Positions 37,822 to 45,840 of a DNA stretch of 55,462 bases are shown piece after piece. Position 1 is the first letter of the stretch; each line of letters starts with the position of its first letter. The notes beneath the pieces were generated by a model that had not been told where the DNA came from, made no database searches, and was given only the letters and a program-made list of their open reading frames with translations. The stretch lies in IMG/VR virus record IMGVR_UViG_3300028388_004387, positions 1-55,462 of that record. The stretch is one strand, 5' to 3'. The stretch comes from a virus (lineage: Duplodnaviria; Caudoviricetes). Position numbers and translations under genes: made by a program.

Positions 37822-37856
37822 ACTTGCACAGTAAAGTAAAGCACTTTATATTTGTA
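37822..37856 (+). promoter_or_regulatory. Repeated early promoter/operator cassette, copy 4 (heads the recombination and DNA-modification region)
   Basis: ACTTGCACAGTAAAGTAAAGCACTTTATATTTGTA, continuing ATGCAATAACGCACAA as in copies 1 and 5. Confidence 0.85.
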
Positions 37857-37889
37857 ATGCAATAACGCACAAGCAACAAACAAACGCAA

Positions 37890-38087
37890 ATGACAACTTC
37901 AATCTTAAACTCGCAGTACCAATCTTACCTTTCATTCCAGCAACGCCTTAAAGAAAATGACTTCCCTTACGACCAGCCGCTCCTTACCAAGGAGGAGTTT
38001 ATCAAAAAGGAGAAAGCAAAAATGGAGAGGTTGCTTAAAGAGGAGGCAGCTCACCAGCGCAGGATAAGGTCTTTAGAACGAAGGTAG
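37890..38087 (+). CDS. Small hypothetical early protein
   Basis: First ORF after cassette copy 4; its TAG overlaps a hammerhead ribozyme. Confidence 0.75.
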   Translation: MTTSILNSQYQSYLSFQQRLKENDFPYDQPLLTKEEFIKKEKAKMERLLKEEAAHQRRIRSLERR

Positions 38088-38146
38088 CCGAAACCTCCTC
38101 CGGGAGGTCTGCTGGAAATAACCTACCAGCACTGACGAGGCAGGTT
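38087..38146 (+). ncRNA. Hammerhead ribozyme, type II, with pseudoknot
   Basis: GCC-GAAA-CCTCC(TCCG)GGAGG-TC-TGCTGG(AAATAACCTA)CCAGCA-CTGACGA-GGC-AGGTT; loop AACCT can pair with 3' AGGTT; predicted cleavage after GUC at 38109. Confidence 0.92.
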
Positions 38147-38262
38147 CCTTATGAAGCAATACAAACAAGACATTTTAGAAACTAAACTACACACCGCCCG
38201 GGAGTCCTACCACTCTCTCAACACCCTTATAAGCTCCCGGGCACTTTAAAATCAAATGCAAT

Positions 38263-39228
38263 ATGGCACAAGAAAAACAGCCGAAAAAAAGTTTTGTGGA
38301 GCGCATGCGCGACAACGTATTAAAGCCCCTGCAAGAGCTCGGGATGGAAAAGGCGCAAGCGGAGGCAGAAATACAATGGGCAGCAGAGCAGATTCTTAGC
38401 TCGGAGCAGCTTTTAAAGTGTTCAGCAAATAGCCTTTTCAATGCTGTGCTGGATACTGCACGAATGGGACTATCTCTTAACCCTTCTCGCGCTGAAGCTT
38501 ACTTAACCACAAAGTGGGATAAGGTGTCTAAATCGGCTAAGGCATATTTAGAGCCAAGCTACCGAGGCTTGACTTTGTTAGCTGCGCAATCTTGCGGAGC
38601 CAAGTACAGCATTGCTCATGTAGTGTACAGCGACGACGATTTTGTTATGCCCAATCTGCTTGACCCAAAAAGCGTTGCGGTTCATAAGCCAAGCTTAAAA
38701 AAGAGCGGAGAGCCTATAGGCGCTTATTCGCAGTTCGTTCTACCTGACGGTACTGCGCTGTTTGAGTACATGACGATTGACGAGATTAAGGAGGTGCGTA
38801 GTGCAAGCCAAGGGTGGCAGGCATTTGAGAAAAAGAAAATACAAGCAACGCCCTGGCACAATTGGTTTGGAGAAATGGCGCGCAAGACAGTAGTAAGGAG
38901 GCATATCAAATACCTACCTAAGTACGAGAACACGAAGTACGAAAAGCTGATGGCTGCTGCAAGCGCGATAGATAGCCAATACGAGTTTGAAAACACTCCG
39001 GTGGTAGTAGCAGCGGATGAGCAGGAGAACGTGCGAGAGAACGCGCGAGAAACGCTTGTGAAGCAAATTACCGAGGGCTTAAGCAAGTGCAGCAAAGAAA
39101 CACAGCAAGAGCTGAAGGAGCTGCTAAGAGAGAAAAAGGCAGCAGGAGAAATCACCTTGCAGCTACTTGAGGCAGTGGCGAAGCAAATAGAGGAAGAAAT
39201 TGCAGAATCAACAAGCACGGAGCAGTGA
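38263..39228 (+). CDS. recT: RecT-family single-strand annealing protein
   Basis: LLKCSANSL.NA....A..GLSLNP...EAYL, SYRGL, VVY..DDF, PW..WF.EMARKTVVRR..KYLP. Confidence 0.92.
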   Translation: MAQEKQPKKSFVERMRDNVLKPLQELGMEKAQAEAEIQWAAEQILSSEQLLKCSANSLFNAVLDTARMGLSLNPSRAEAYLTTKWDKVSKSAKAYLEPSYRGLTLLAAQSCGAKYSIAHVVYSDDDFVMPNLLDPKSVAVHKPSLKKSGEPIGAYSQFVLPDGTALFEYMTIDEIKEVRSASQGWQAFEKKKIQATPWHNWFGEMARKTVVRRHIKYLPKYENTKYEKLMAAASAIDSQYEFENTPVVVAADEQENVRENARETLVKQITEGLSKCSKETQQELKELLREKKAAGEITLQLLEAVAKQIEEEIAESTSTEQ

Positions 39229-39863
39229 AAATCTACGACAACATAGTGCAGGGCACTCCCGAGTGGGACGACATTAGGTGCGGCAAAATCACGGGCTCAA
39301 AAATGAATACTCTAATGCAAAAAGGCGGAGTAGGAGATGACTGGGGAGCGGGAGCTGTGACATACGCCTATGAGCTGGCGGCAGAAAGAATGCTGCTGCG
39401 CAACGAAGAGCCTAAGTTTAACCTGCCGCAATTCCAGCGAGGACATGAGGAGGAGGTGCTGGTGAAAAAGAAGCTGCTTGAGGAGTATTGGGAGCCTATA
39501 CAGGAAGTGGGTTTTATACAGCTTAACGACTACTTTGGCGTGAGCCCTGACGGTATTGTTGGCGGGGAAATATTGCTGGAGTGTAAAAGCATAGAAAGCC
39601 CAAGCAAGTTTCTTCGGTTTGTAGACGAGGAGAAAATACCTAACGACCATTACGCGCAAATGCAGGCGGGTATGTATGCAGGCAACTTTCAGTCTGCGTG
39701 GTACGTGCAGTACAACGGAGCCATGAGGAGCTTTCACCGCGTGATAGTTGCGCGAGATGAAACGTTCGTACAAGACATGGCTGTACGTATTGCAAATTTC
39801 AATCAGTACGTTGACAAGCTTAAAATGGAGCTACATGAAAAGGTACGTCAGGGGAATTTTTAG
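39225..39863 (+). CDS. YqaJ/lambda-type exonuclease
   Basis: QGTPEW...R.GKITGS, RGH..E, GVSPDG, LECK, Y.AQMQ; GTG start overlapping the recT stop. Confidence 0.92.
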   Translation: MKIYDNIVQGTPEWDDIRCGKITGSKMNTLMQKGGVGDDWGAGAVTYAYELAAERMLLRNEEPKFNLPQFQRGHEEEVLVKKKLLEEYWEPIQEVGFIQLNDYFGVSPDGIVGGEILLECKSIESPSKFLRFVDEEKIPNDHYAQMQAGMYAGNFQSAWYVQYNGAMRSFHRVIVARDETFVQDMAVRIANFNQYVDKLKMELHEKVRQGNF

Positions 39864-40311
39864 TGGAGGGCAAATGCGCTTTGATTTTATGCAGCTTACA
39901 CAGCAGGCTGAATCATTGCTAAAGGAAGGAGAGGAGTTTCTTTTAAGTATTGAAAAAGCAAAGCGATGGAAGACGCTTAAACAGTTGCGAGCGTTCCACG
40001 GGCCTGTATGCGAGCAGGTGCAAAGGTACTGGCGAGATGAACATGGAGAGTGGAAGTCGCTTGATAGGGTTAAAGAGGAGCTGAAGGATGAGTTCCTGGT
40101 TAAGAAAAAGCAATACTATGACGATGGTAGTCCTGTTTTGCTTAAGCTTCCGCACCCGAGTCATAAGAATGCAGTATATTTATGGCACCTTGAACAAACG
40201 CCCTCCCTTAAGGATTTGAGCATTGAGGAAATGACTGATTTTATTGAGCAAATAATTAACCACTACTGGCACGAAAAAGGCTGGCAAATAACGATTGAAG
40301 ATGAGCTATAA
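39835..40311 (+). CDS. NinB-like protein
   Basis: KTLKQLRAFHG, LK.EFL, and SLKDLS.EEM.DFIEQI pattern; start chosen at the in-frame ATG 39835. Confidence 0.6.
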   Translation: MKRYVRGIFSGGQMRFDFMQLTQQAESLLKEGEEFLLSIEKAKRWKTLKQLRAFHGPVCEQVQRYWRDEHGEWKSLDRVKEELKDEFLVKKKQYYDDGSPVLLKLPHPSHKNAVYLWHLEQTPSLKDLSIEEMTDFIEQIINHYWHEKGWQITIEDEL

Positions 40312-40567
40312 AAAAGTAGAACAAGCATGCAAAGAAATGTTCCAAAGCAAAGCCTACGACGAGCTTGCTTACGGCACGCAAGGAGTCGCATGGGCGACGT
40401 TTAGACGGACGTGGCAAAACGGCAAGATGGGGCTTCAAAGTATGATTACAACGCTGCGGAAGTTCCATGGCGAAAAGAATGTACAAGTATATGTCAAGCT
40501 TAAAAAGAGAACGCGCAGAGCTGCTCCTAAGCGAGTGGAAGCTATGGACAGTCGTGCTGAAGGATAG
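40301..40567 (+). CDS. Hypothetical basic protein
   Basis: About 88-aa ORF from the ATG at 40301. Confidence 0.6.
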   Translation: MSYKKVEQACKEMFQSKAYDELAYGTQGVAWATFRRTWQNGKMGLQSMITTLRKFHGEKNVQVYVKLKKRTRRAAPKRVEAMDSRAEG

Positions 40568-40805
40568 CTTCGAGCTTGACGGAGTTAAGTATGCAGCATT
40601 TCACGGAGAGTGTAGACTGGAGGATAGGGGCGGCAAGTGCTTTCTAATAGTAAAGGGAAGCGTAGGAGAGCTGGTGGTTGCTTTGAGCAATGTTGCAGAC
40701 ATGAAGTTTGGCAGCAATAAAACGTCAAAAGCAAACGTCTTAAACCTGTGCAGCACACAGGACAATCAAAACAATAAACCACAAAAAACCAATGACAACG
40801 ACTGA
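40467..40805 (+). CDS. Hypothetical protein (start uncertain)
   Basis: 112-aa ORF filling the gap before queE. Confidence 0.5.
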   Translation: MAKRMYKYMSSLKRERAELLLSEWKLWTVVLKDSFELDGVKYAAFHGECRLEDRGGKCFLIVKGSVGELVVALSNVADMKFGSNKTSKANVLNLCSTQDNQNNKPQKTNDND

Positions 40806-41595
40806 AATTTTAGGAAAAGAAAAAGCACCTATCAGCGAGTATTTTTACAGCTTGCAAGGCGAGGGGAGGTACACAGGATACCCAGCATTTTTTGTTCGGT
40901 ACCGCGGGTGTAACCTACTGTGCGGAAGGGACATGAAAACAGATAGCGAGCACCCAGACGCTGAATGGGAGTGCGACACCATTGACGTATGGCGCAAGGG
41001 CAAGATGATGACGAACAAGGAGCTGGTAGACAAAATGAACGAGGAATTTCAGTTCATTGACAGGTTGTTTAACCAGGACGCGCACCTTATCCTAACAGGC
41101 GGAGAGCCGCTTTTGCACATGCGCAGGCTGGAGTGTTTCATAGAGTATGTAGACGGCTTATTGGCAGACGAATCGTTCCCACACTTTCACACGCCTTTCG
41201 TGGAAATAGAAACCAACGGCACAATCACTCCAACAGAGTATTTGCTTAGGCGTGTAAACCAGTGGAACGTCAGCGTCAAGCTGCATAACAGCGGCCAGCC
41301 TTTAGATATGCGAGTGATAGACGATGCCTTAGAAACATTTGCACAAGCGTCAAGGGTTGCAGGTTCAGTAGATTTAAAGCCCGTCATAACACATCCAAAC
41401 GACATTTTCCAGGTGCAAGAAATTGTTGAGAAATACGGCTGGAGCGAAAGCAATGTCGTTCTAATGCCAGGAGGCAGCACGCAGCAGCAGCTTGACGAGA
41501 ACAGCAAGTTGGTTGCAGAGCAGTGCAAGGCGTTTGGGTACAGGATGAGCAGCAGATTACAAGTTATAATCTGGAATGAAGTAACCGGAGTTTAA
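40792..41595 (+). CDS. queE: 7-carboxy-7-deazaguanine synthase (radical SAM)
   Basis: FYSLQGEG...G.PAFFVR..GCNL.C...W.CDT, LTGGEPLL, IETNGT, LMP.G, S.RLQV.IW. Confidence 0.93.
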   Translation: MTTTEILGKEKAPISEYFYSLQGEGRYTGYPAFFVRYRGCNLLCGRDMKTDSEHPDAEWECDTIDVWRKGKMMTNKELVDKMNEEFQFIDRLFNQDAHLILTGGEPLLHMRRLECFIEYVDGLLADESFPHFHTPFVEIETNGTITPTEYLLRRVNQWNVSVKLHNSGQPLDMRVIDDALETFAQASRVAGSVDLKPVITHPNDIFQVQEIVEKYGWSESNVVLMPGGSTQQQLDENSKLVAEQCKAFGYRMSSRLQVIIWNEVTGV

Positions 41596-41641
41596 ATAGG
41601 AAAATCAAGTAGTAAACTTTATCTTAGCACAAACAGGAAAT

Positions 41642-42490
41642 ATGGATAAGACAAAATTAAGTTGGAACGACGTCGCCAGGATGGCTGACAACCTTAAAGC
41701 AGTGATTGCTCAAAAGGTACCTCGCCCTAAAGTGTACCCGGTACCGCGAGGAGGTATCTATGCTGCATTGCTGCTCGGGTTCGAAATAGTAGACAGCCCA
41801 GACAAAGCCAATGTCATAGTAGACGACTTGATTGATAGCGGCAGCACTAAAGCACAGCATGAAGTGCTTTACCCAGACAAACCTTTCTACGCTTTATTAA
41901 CAAAAGCACACGACGACCTATGGATAGAGTTTCCATGGGAGCGCAACCAGCGCAATCCGCACGAGAGCGTCACAGACAATGTATCGCGAATACTGCAATA
42001 CCTGGGAGAAGATGTAAGCAGAGAAGGGTTGCTTGAAACGCCAAAGCGATACATAAAAGCCATGGAGGAGTTCTTAAGCCCTCCGGAGTTCAACATGACA
42101 ACTTTCCAAGCAGACAGCCAGGACATGATAATTGTCGATAATATCACATTTGAAAGCATGTGTGAGCACCACTTGTTCCCTTTCCATGGAGTAGGCCATA
42201 TTGGATACATACCCACAGACAAGATGGTCGGCATAAGCAAGATTCCTCGCACGCTGGAGCTGTTTAGCAGACGACTGCAAAACCAAGAGCGGATAGGCTC
42301 TCAAGTTGCAGACCACCTAATGCACCACCTGCAACCAAAGGGCGTTATTGTCATTTTAGAGGCTGCTCATATGTGCATGTGCATGAGGGGAGTGAGGAAG
42401 CCTGGCGCAATGACTAAGACAAGCGCTTTGCGAGGCTTGTTTTGCACTGACAGCGATTTACGAAATGAGTTTTTACAGCTAATCAAATAA
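41642..42490 (+). CDS. folE: Fusion of Gpt-like purine phosphoribosyltransferase and GTP cyclohydrolase I
   Basis: N-terminal VPRGG, VIVDDLIDSGST, WIEFPWE; C-terminal REGLLETPKR, SMCEHHLFPF, GISKIPR, RRLQNQER, HMCMCMRGV. Confidence 0.93.
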   Translation: MDKTKLSWNDVARMADNLKAVIAQKVPRPKVYPVPRGGIYAALLLGFEIVDSPDKANVIVDDLIDSGSTKAQHEVLYPDKPFYALLTKAHDDLWIEFPWERNQRNPHESVTDNVSRILQYLGEDVSREGLLETPKRYIKAMEEFLSPPEFNMTTFQADSQDMIIVDNITFESMCEHHLFPFHGVGHIGYIPTDKMVGISKIPRTLELFSRRLQNQERIGSQVADHLMHHLQPKGVIVILEAAHMCMCMRGVRKPGAMTKTSALRGLFCTDSDLRNEFLQLIK

Positions 42491-42492
42491 GC

Positions 42493-43044
42493 ATGGAAAA
42501 GATAGTAGAATGGGTGCCCGTACCCGGTTTTGATAAGTACGAGTTCAACAAGTACGACGGGCAAATCAGACAAAAGAAAAACGGCAAGGTGCTTGAAGCA
42601 AGCACAAAAGGATGGACTGTAAGGCTAAGAACCAGCGACGGTAGCCGTAAAACCGTTTCTCCGGCGCGTCTCGTGCGCGAAGGGGATTGGCCCTGGAAAA
42701 CTATCCCGGAAGGCATAAAAGCGCGAGAGAACGCAAAAGAGCCCAGCGAGAAGCCAAGTAAGAAGCAAACAAGGATTGAGCGTGACGGAGTAAGGGCGCG
42801 CAAAGCAAAAGGTCAAAAGCTTGTTCCGCGCAGCGCAGCTCCAGCCAAGCCCAAGTATGACGAGCGGACAAAGCGAAAGGTAAAGCTCAACCCTTTGCTT
42901 GCAAAAAAGATAAGAGGACTGCGCAAGGAGGGATGGTACTTAAGGGAAATCGCAGAAGAGTTTGGTGTGCATGTTAGCACGGTAAGCGAAATCTGCTCAA
43001 ATAAACTTTACAAAATCATTAAAACCACAAAACAAGATGGCTAA
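42493..43044 (+). CDS. NUMOD4-like N-terminal domain plus C-terminal HTH DNA-binding protein
   Basis: EWVPVPGFDKYEF...GQIR; IRGLRKEGWYLREIAEEFGVHVSTVSEI; no HNH motif between them. Confidence 0.7.
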   Translation: MEKIVEWVPVPGFDKYEFNKYDGQIRQKKNGKVLEASTKGWTVRLRTSDGSRKTVSPARLVREGDWPWKTIPEGIKARENAKEPSEKPSKKQTRIERDGVRARKAKGQKLVPRSAAPAKPKYDERTKRKVKLNPLLAKKIRGLRKEGWYLREIAEEFGVHVSTVSEICSNKLYKIIKTTKQDG

Positions 43045-43441
43045 AGCAGAAGGAATGAGCATCCCTTTTGAAGGGAAGGAAGCAATTATGAAAGACGTCC
43101 TTGAAACGTTTGAGTACGGAGGGGATATGTCGCAAATTATCAAAACTGAAACGCACGAGTTTAGCGCAGTATGCCCTTTCAGCGGCTTACCAGATATCGC
43201 TACGCTGCGCATTCATTATCGTCCAACCGCCAACATGTGCGTGGAGCTTAAAAGCTTGAAGTATTACACCATGTCTTACCGCAACGTAGGCCTCTACCAG
43301 GAGCATGTAACCAACGAAATTTTCAACGACATGCTGAAGTGCTTAGGCGTATCTCCTAAGGACCTGTATGTGTACACGAAGTACAATGTGCGCGGAGGCT
43401 TTTACACGGAATGTGAGCTTGGAAACAAGGAGCTGAAATGA
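43037..43441 (+). CDS. queF: NADPH-dependent preQ0 reductase
   Basis: EF.AVCPFSGLPD (catalytic Cys/Asp), QueF motif ELKSLKYY, QE..TN, RGG. Confidence 0.9.
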   Translation: MAKAEGMSIPFEGKEAIMKDVLETFEYGGDMSQIIKTETHEFSAVCPFSGLPDIATLRIHYRPTANMCVELKSLKYYTMSYRNVGLYQEHVTNEIFNDMLKCLGVSPKDLYVYTKYNVRGGFYTECELGNKELK

Positions 43442-44169
43442 AATACTTTTTCAGCAGCCCTTCCGGGCTAAAGAAAATCCTGGAACCTGGGGGCGCTCGA
43501 AATTTCCTGCTGAGCTATGCAGTAGACGCAAAGCACTGTAAGAAATTTGATGATATCAGCGACAGCGTTATCATTGATTCGGGCGCCTTTACGGTTTGGA
43601 ACAGGGGCGAGGGGGACATAGATATAGAAGCCTATGCAGATTTTTGCCTTACGCTTCCACAGGATTGGACGTTCATAAACGTGGATGTGATTCCCGAAAC
43701 AGGCAGCACAGCAGCAGACATTGAGCGCTGCTGTGAGCGCGGATACGAGAATTACAAATACCTTAAAAGCAGGATACAAAATATCATGCCGGTGTACCAC
43801 TATGGCGACAACCAGAAGTGGCTAAAAAAGTTTATGGATGAGGCGGATTACATTGGCATAAGTCCAGCCAACGACACCCACGAAAATGTCAAGCGCCAAT
43901 TCCTAAAAGAGACCTATGCTATTTGCGGCACAGACGTAAAGACTCACGCGCTTGGATACAGTAGCTTGGTTGGGCTTAGCATGTTTCCATTTTATAGTGT
44001 AGACAGCATTTCGTACAAGCGAGTGAAAGTGCTTGTTGACGGGAGTGCAAAAGCGCTATTGGTTGCAGGGGATATGAGGTACCTCGGTATTAAGAGTATC
44101 CAGGAATATTTGTACATAGAAAAATACATGACAGAGTTATGGGAAAGCAGGGGAGTTACCTGGGATTAG
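43438..44169 (+). CDS. dpdA: DNA 7-deazaguanine transglycosylase (TGT-like)
   Basis: LLSY, IDSGAFT, DVIP, MPVYHYG, YIGIS, HALG, PFYSVDS; short TGT-fold protein inside a que cluster. Confidence 0.85.
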   Translation: MKYFFSSPSGLKKILEPGGARNFLLSYAVDAKHCKKFDDISDSVIIDSGAFTVWNRGEGDIDIEAYADFCLTLPQDWTFINVDVIPETGSTAADIERCCERGYENYKYLKSRIQNIMPVYHYGDNQKWLKKFMDEADYIGISPANDTHENVKRQFLKETYAICGTDVKTHALGYSSLVGLSMFPFYSVDSISYKRVKVLVDGSAKALLVAGDMRYLGIKSIQEYLYIEKYMTELWESRGVTWD

Positions 44170-44618
44170 AAACTATCAATCTGAGCGAGGTGCAGCTAAG
44201 CGATAATTGGTTTATGCTGCCCAAGGATGCTGGGAAAATGTTCTTAGCTGCATACACATCAGAACCGGAGCTGTTTGACTTAAGGGTAGCTGAAATAGAC
44301 GGGGCATATTATGCTCTGGAAGGAGATGCTCTTTTTGCTACGCTGCTAAAGTACAAACAGTATGAAGCGCGCTGCCATGTTTACAAAGTAGACAGCCACG
44401 AAAAACTGGTAGAAATTAAAGCGATTAGACAAATCGCAAAGCCTTTTGTAAATTACGTTCAAATCGCTATTGACTTTAAAGAGGTCAGCGATAAGCTGGG
44501 CTTGAAAAAGAAGTACAGCAAAGGAGGTAAATTGTACGAGGATGTGTGCTTGCTTAGCGAGTACGATTGGGAAAAAATTTACCAGGAGCAAACAACGAAT
44601 CAAACTTCACTTTTTTAA
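44139..44618 (+). CDS. Degenerate ParB/Srx-like N-terminal domain protein
   Basis: ETINLSEV, LRVAEIDGAYYALEG, and C.V...D pattern; lacks the usual G.HR; sits next to dpdA. Confidence 0.45.
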   Translation: MGKQGSYLGLETINLSEVQLSDNWFMLPKDAGKMFLAAYTSEPELFDLRVAEIDGAYYALEGDALFATLLKYKQYEARCHVYKVDSHEKLVEIKAIRQIAKPFVNYVQIAIDFKEVSDKLGLKKKYSKGGKLYEDVCLLSEYDWEKIYQEQTTNQTSLF

Positions 44619-44629
44619 AATCAAAGAAC

Positions 44630-45358
44630 ATGGAAAAACATGCGAAACAGAAAGGAGCTTTAGTGCTGCTAAGTGGCGGGCAAGATTCAGTCACTTGTCT
44701 GTACTATGCTTTAGCATATTACGACAAGGTAGCTGCGCTAAGTTTTGACTACGGTCAAAAGCACGCTAAGGAGCTGGAGTATGCGGAAAGCTTGTGCAGC
44801 GACTTACAGGTGCCCTTCAAGCTCATTTCTGTAAAAGGAGTATTTGGCGAAAGCGCACTAACCAACCACGAGCTTGATGTGGATGGGATGCACCAGGTGA
44901 ACGAAGGGCTGCCTGCTACATTTACAGCAGGAAGAAACATGACTTTTCTTTCTATTGCTTGTGGGCTTGCGCACAGCATGGGCATGCCTACAGTCATCAC
45001 AGGGATATGCCAAACAGACTTCAGCGGTTACCCAGACTGCCGAGACAGCTTTAGAGCAGGTATGGAAATTACTGCACAGCTTGCACTTGACAACCCTGAC
45101 ATGAGGATACTGGCGCCCTTAATGTACAGAACCAAAGCTCAAACATGGCAGCTGGCAGGCGACTTGACAAAGCGATTTAAGGAGCTTGGAAAAGAAGGGG
45201 AGTTGTGGGATGTTGTAGAAGTGGTTCGTACGCGCACGCTTACTGACTACAACGGAGACCTGACGCAAAACGAATGGGGCTTAGGCAAAGCCGACAACCC
45301 TGCCAGCAGGCTTCGCAAAAAAGGGTACGAGGAGGCGAAAGAGAAAGGGTGGGTGTAG
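44630..45358 (+). CDS. queC: 7-cyano-7-deazaguanine synthase
   Basis: LLSGGQDS.TCL, FDYGQKH..E, P.TF..GRN..FL, G.CQTDFSGYPDCR, APLM..TK. Confidence 0.93.
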   Translation: MEKHAKQKGALVLLSGGQDSVTCLYYALAYYDKVAALSFDYGQKHAKELEYAESLCSDLQVPFKLISVKGVFGESALTNHELDVDGMHQVNEGLPATFTAGRNMTFLSIACGLAHSMGMPTVITGICQTDFSGYPDCRDSFRAGMEITAQLALDNPDMRILAPLMYRTKAQTWQLAGDLTKRFKELGKEGELWDVVEVVRTRTLTDYNGDLTQNEWGLGKADNPASRLRKKGYEEAKEKGWV

Positions 45359-45405
45359 CAGCACCTACCAAGCATCATTAAGGTATAAACCAAAAGCAAC
45401 AGCAA

Positions 45406-45840
45406 ATGAAAACCAAAGCAATAAGATACCACGACATCTGTGCAGGGCATCGCGTACACAATCACGAATCAAAGTGTGCGCACTTGCATGGACACAACTA
45501 CCGTTTCCACTTTACGGTAGAGGCGTTCAACGAGGATGAGCCGCTTGACGAAATTGGGCGCGTGCTTGACTTTAGCGTTATCAAGTCAAAGCTTGCAATG
45601 TGGCTTGAGGAGAATTGGGACCACAAGTTCTTAATCTGGGAGAAAGACCCGCTCTCTCGCGTTTTAAAAGCAGCGGACCAGGATGGCGTGGTGATTGTGC
45701 CGTTTAACCCGACAGCGGAGAATATCGCCCGTCATTTCGTAGATGTGGTTGCTCCTGTGCAGCTTGCGGGAACGCGCTGCAAGTTAACGGGGTGCAAAAT
45801 TGAGGAGACTCGAAAATGCAGCGCCTACTATGGAGAATAA
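45406..45840 (+). CDS. queD: 6-carboxytetrahydropterin synthase
   Basis: AGHRV....KC.HLHGHNY, DFS.IK, DHKFL, NPTAENIA, EET. Confidence 0.93.
   Translation: MKTKAIRYHDICAGHRVHNHESKCAHLHGHNYRFHFTVEAFNEDEPLDEIGRVLDFSVIKSKLAMWLEENWDHKFLIWEKDPLSRVLKAADQDGVVIVPFNPTAENIARHFVDVVAPVQLAGTRCKLTGCKIEETRKCSAYYGE

Noticed and set aside
43037-43441. QueF-like amidinotransferase (archaeosine, dG+ pathway)
   Set aside because: The NADPH-binding QueF motif ELKSLKYY is present and no Gat-QueC or ArcS was seen, favouring preQ1.
43438-44169. tRNA-guanine transglycosylase for queuosine tRNA modification
   Set aside because: Too short, lacks the C-terminal zinc site of bacterial Tgt, no tRNA or queA/queG genes were seen, and the motif pattern fits phage DpdA.
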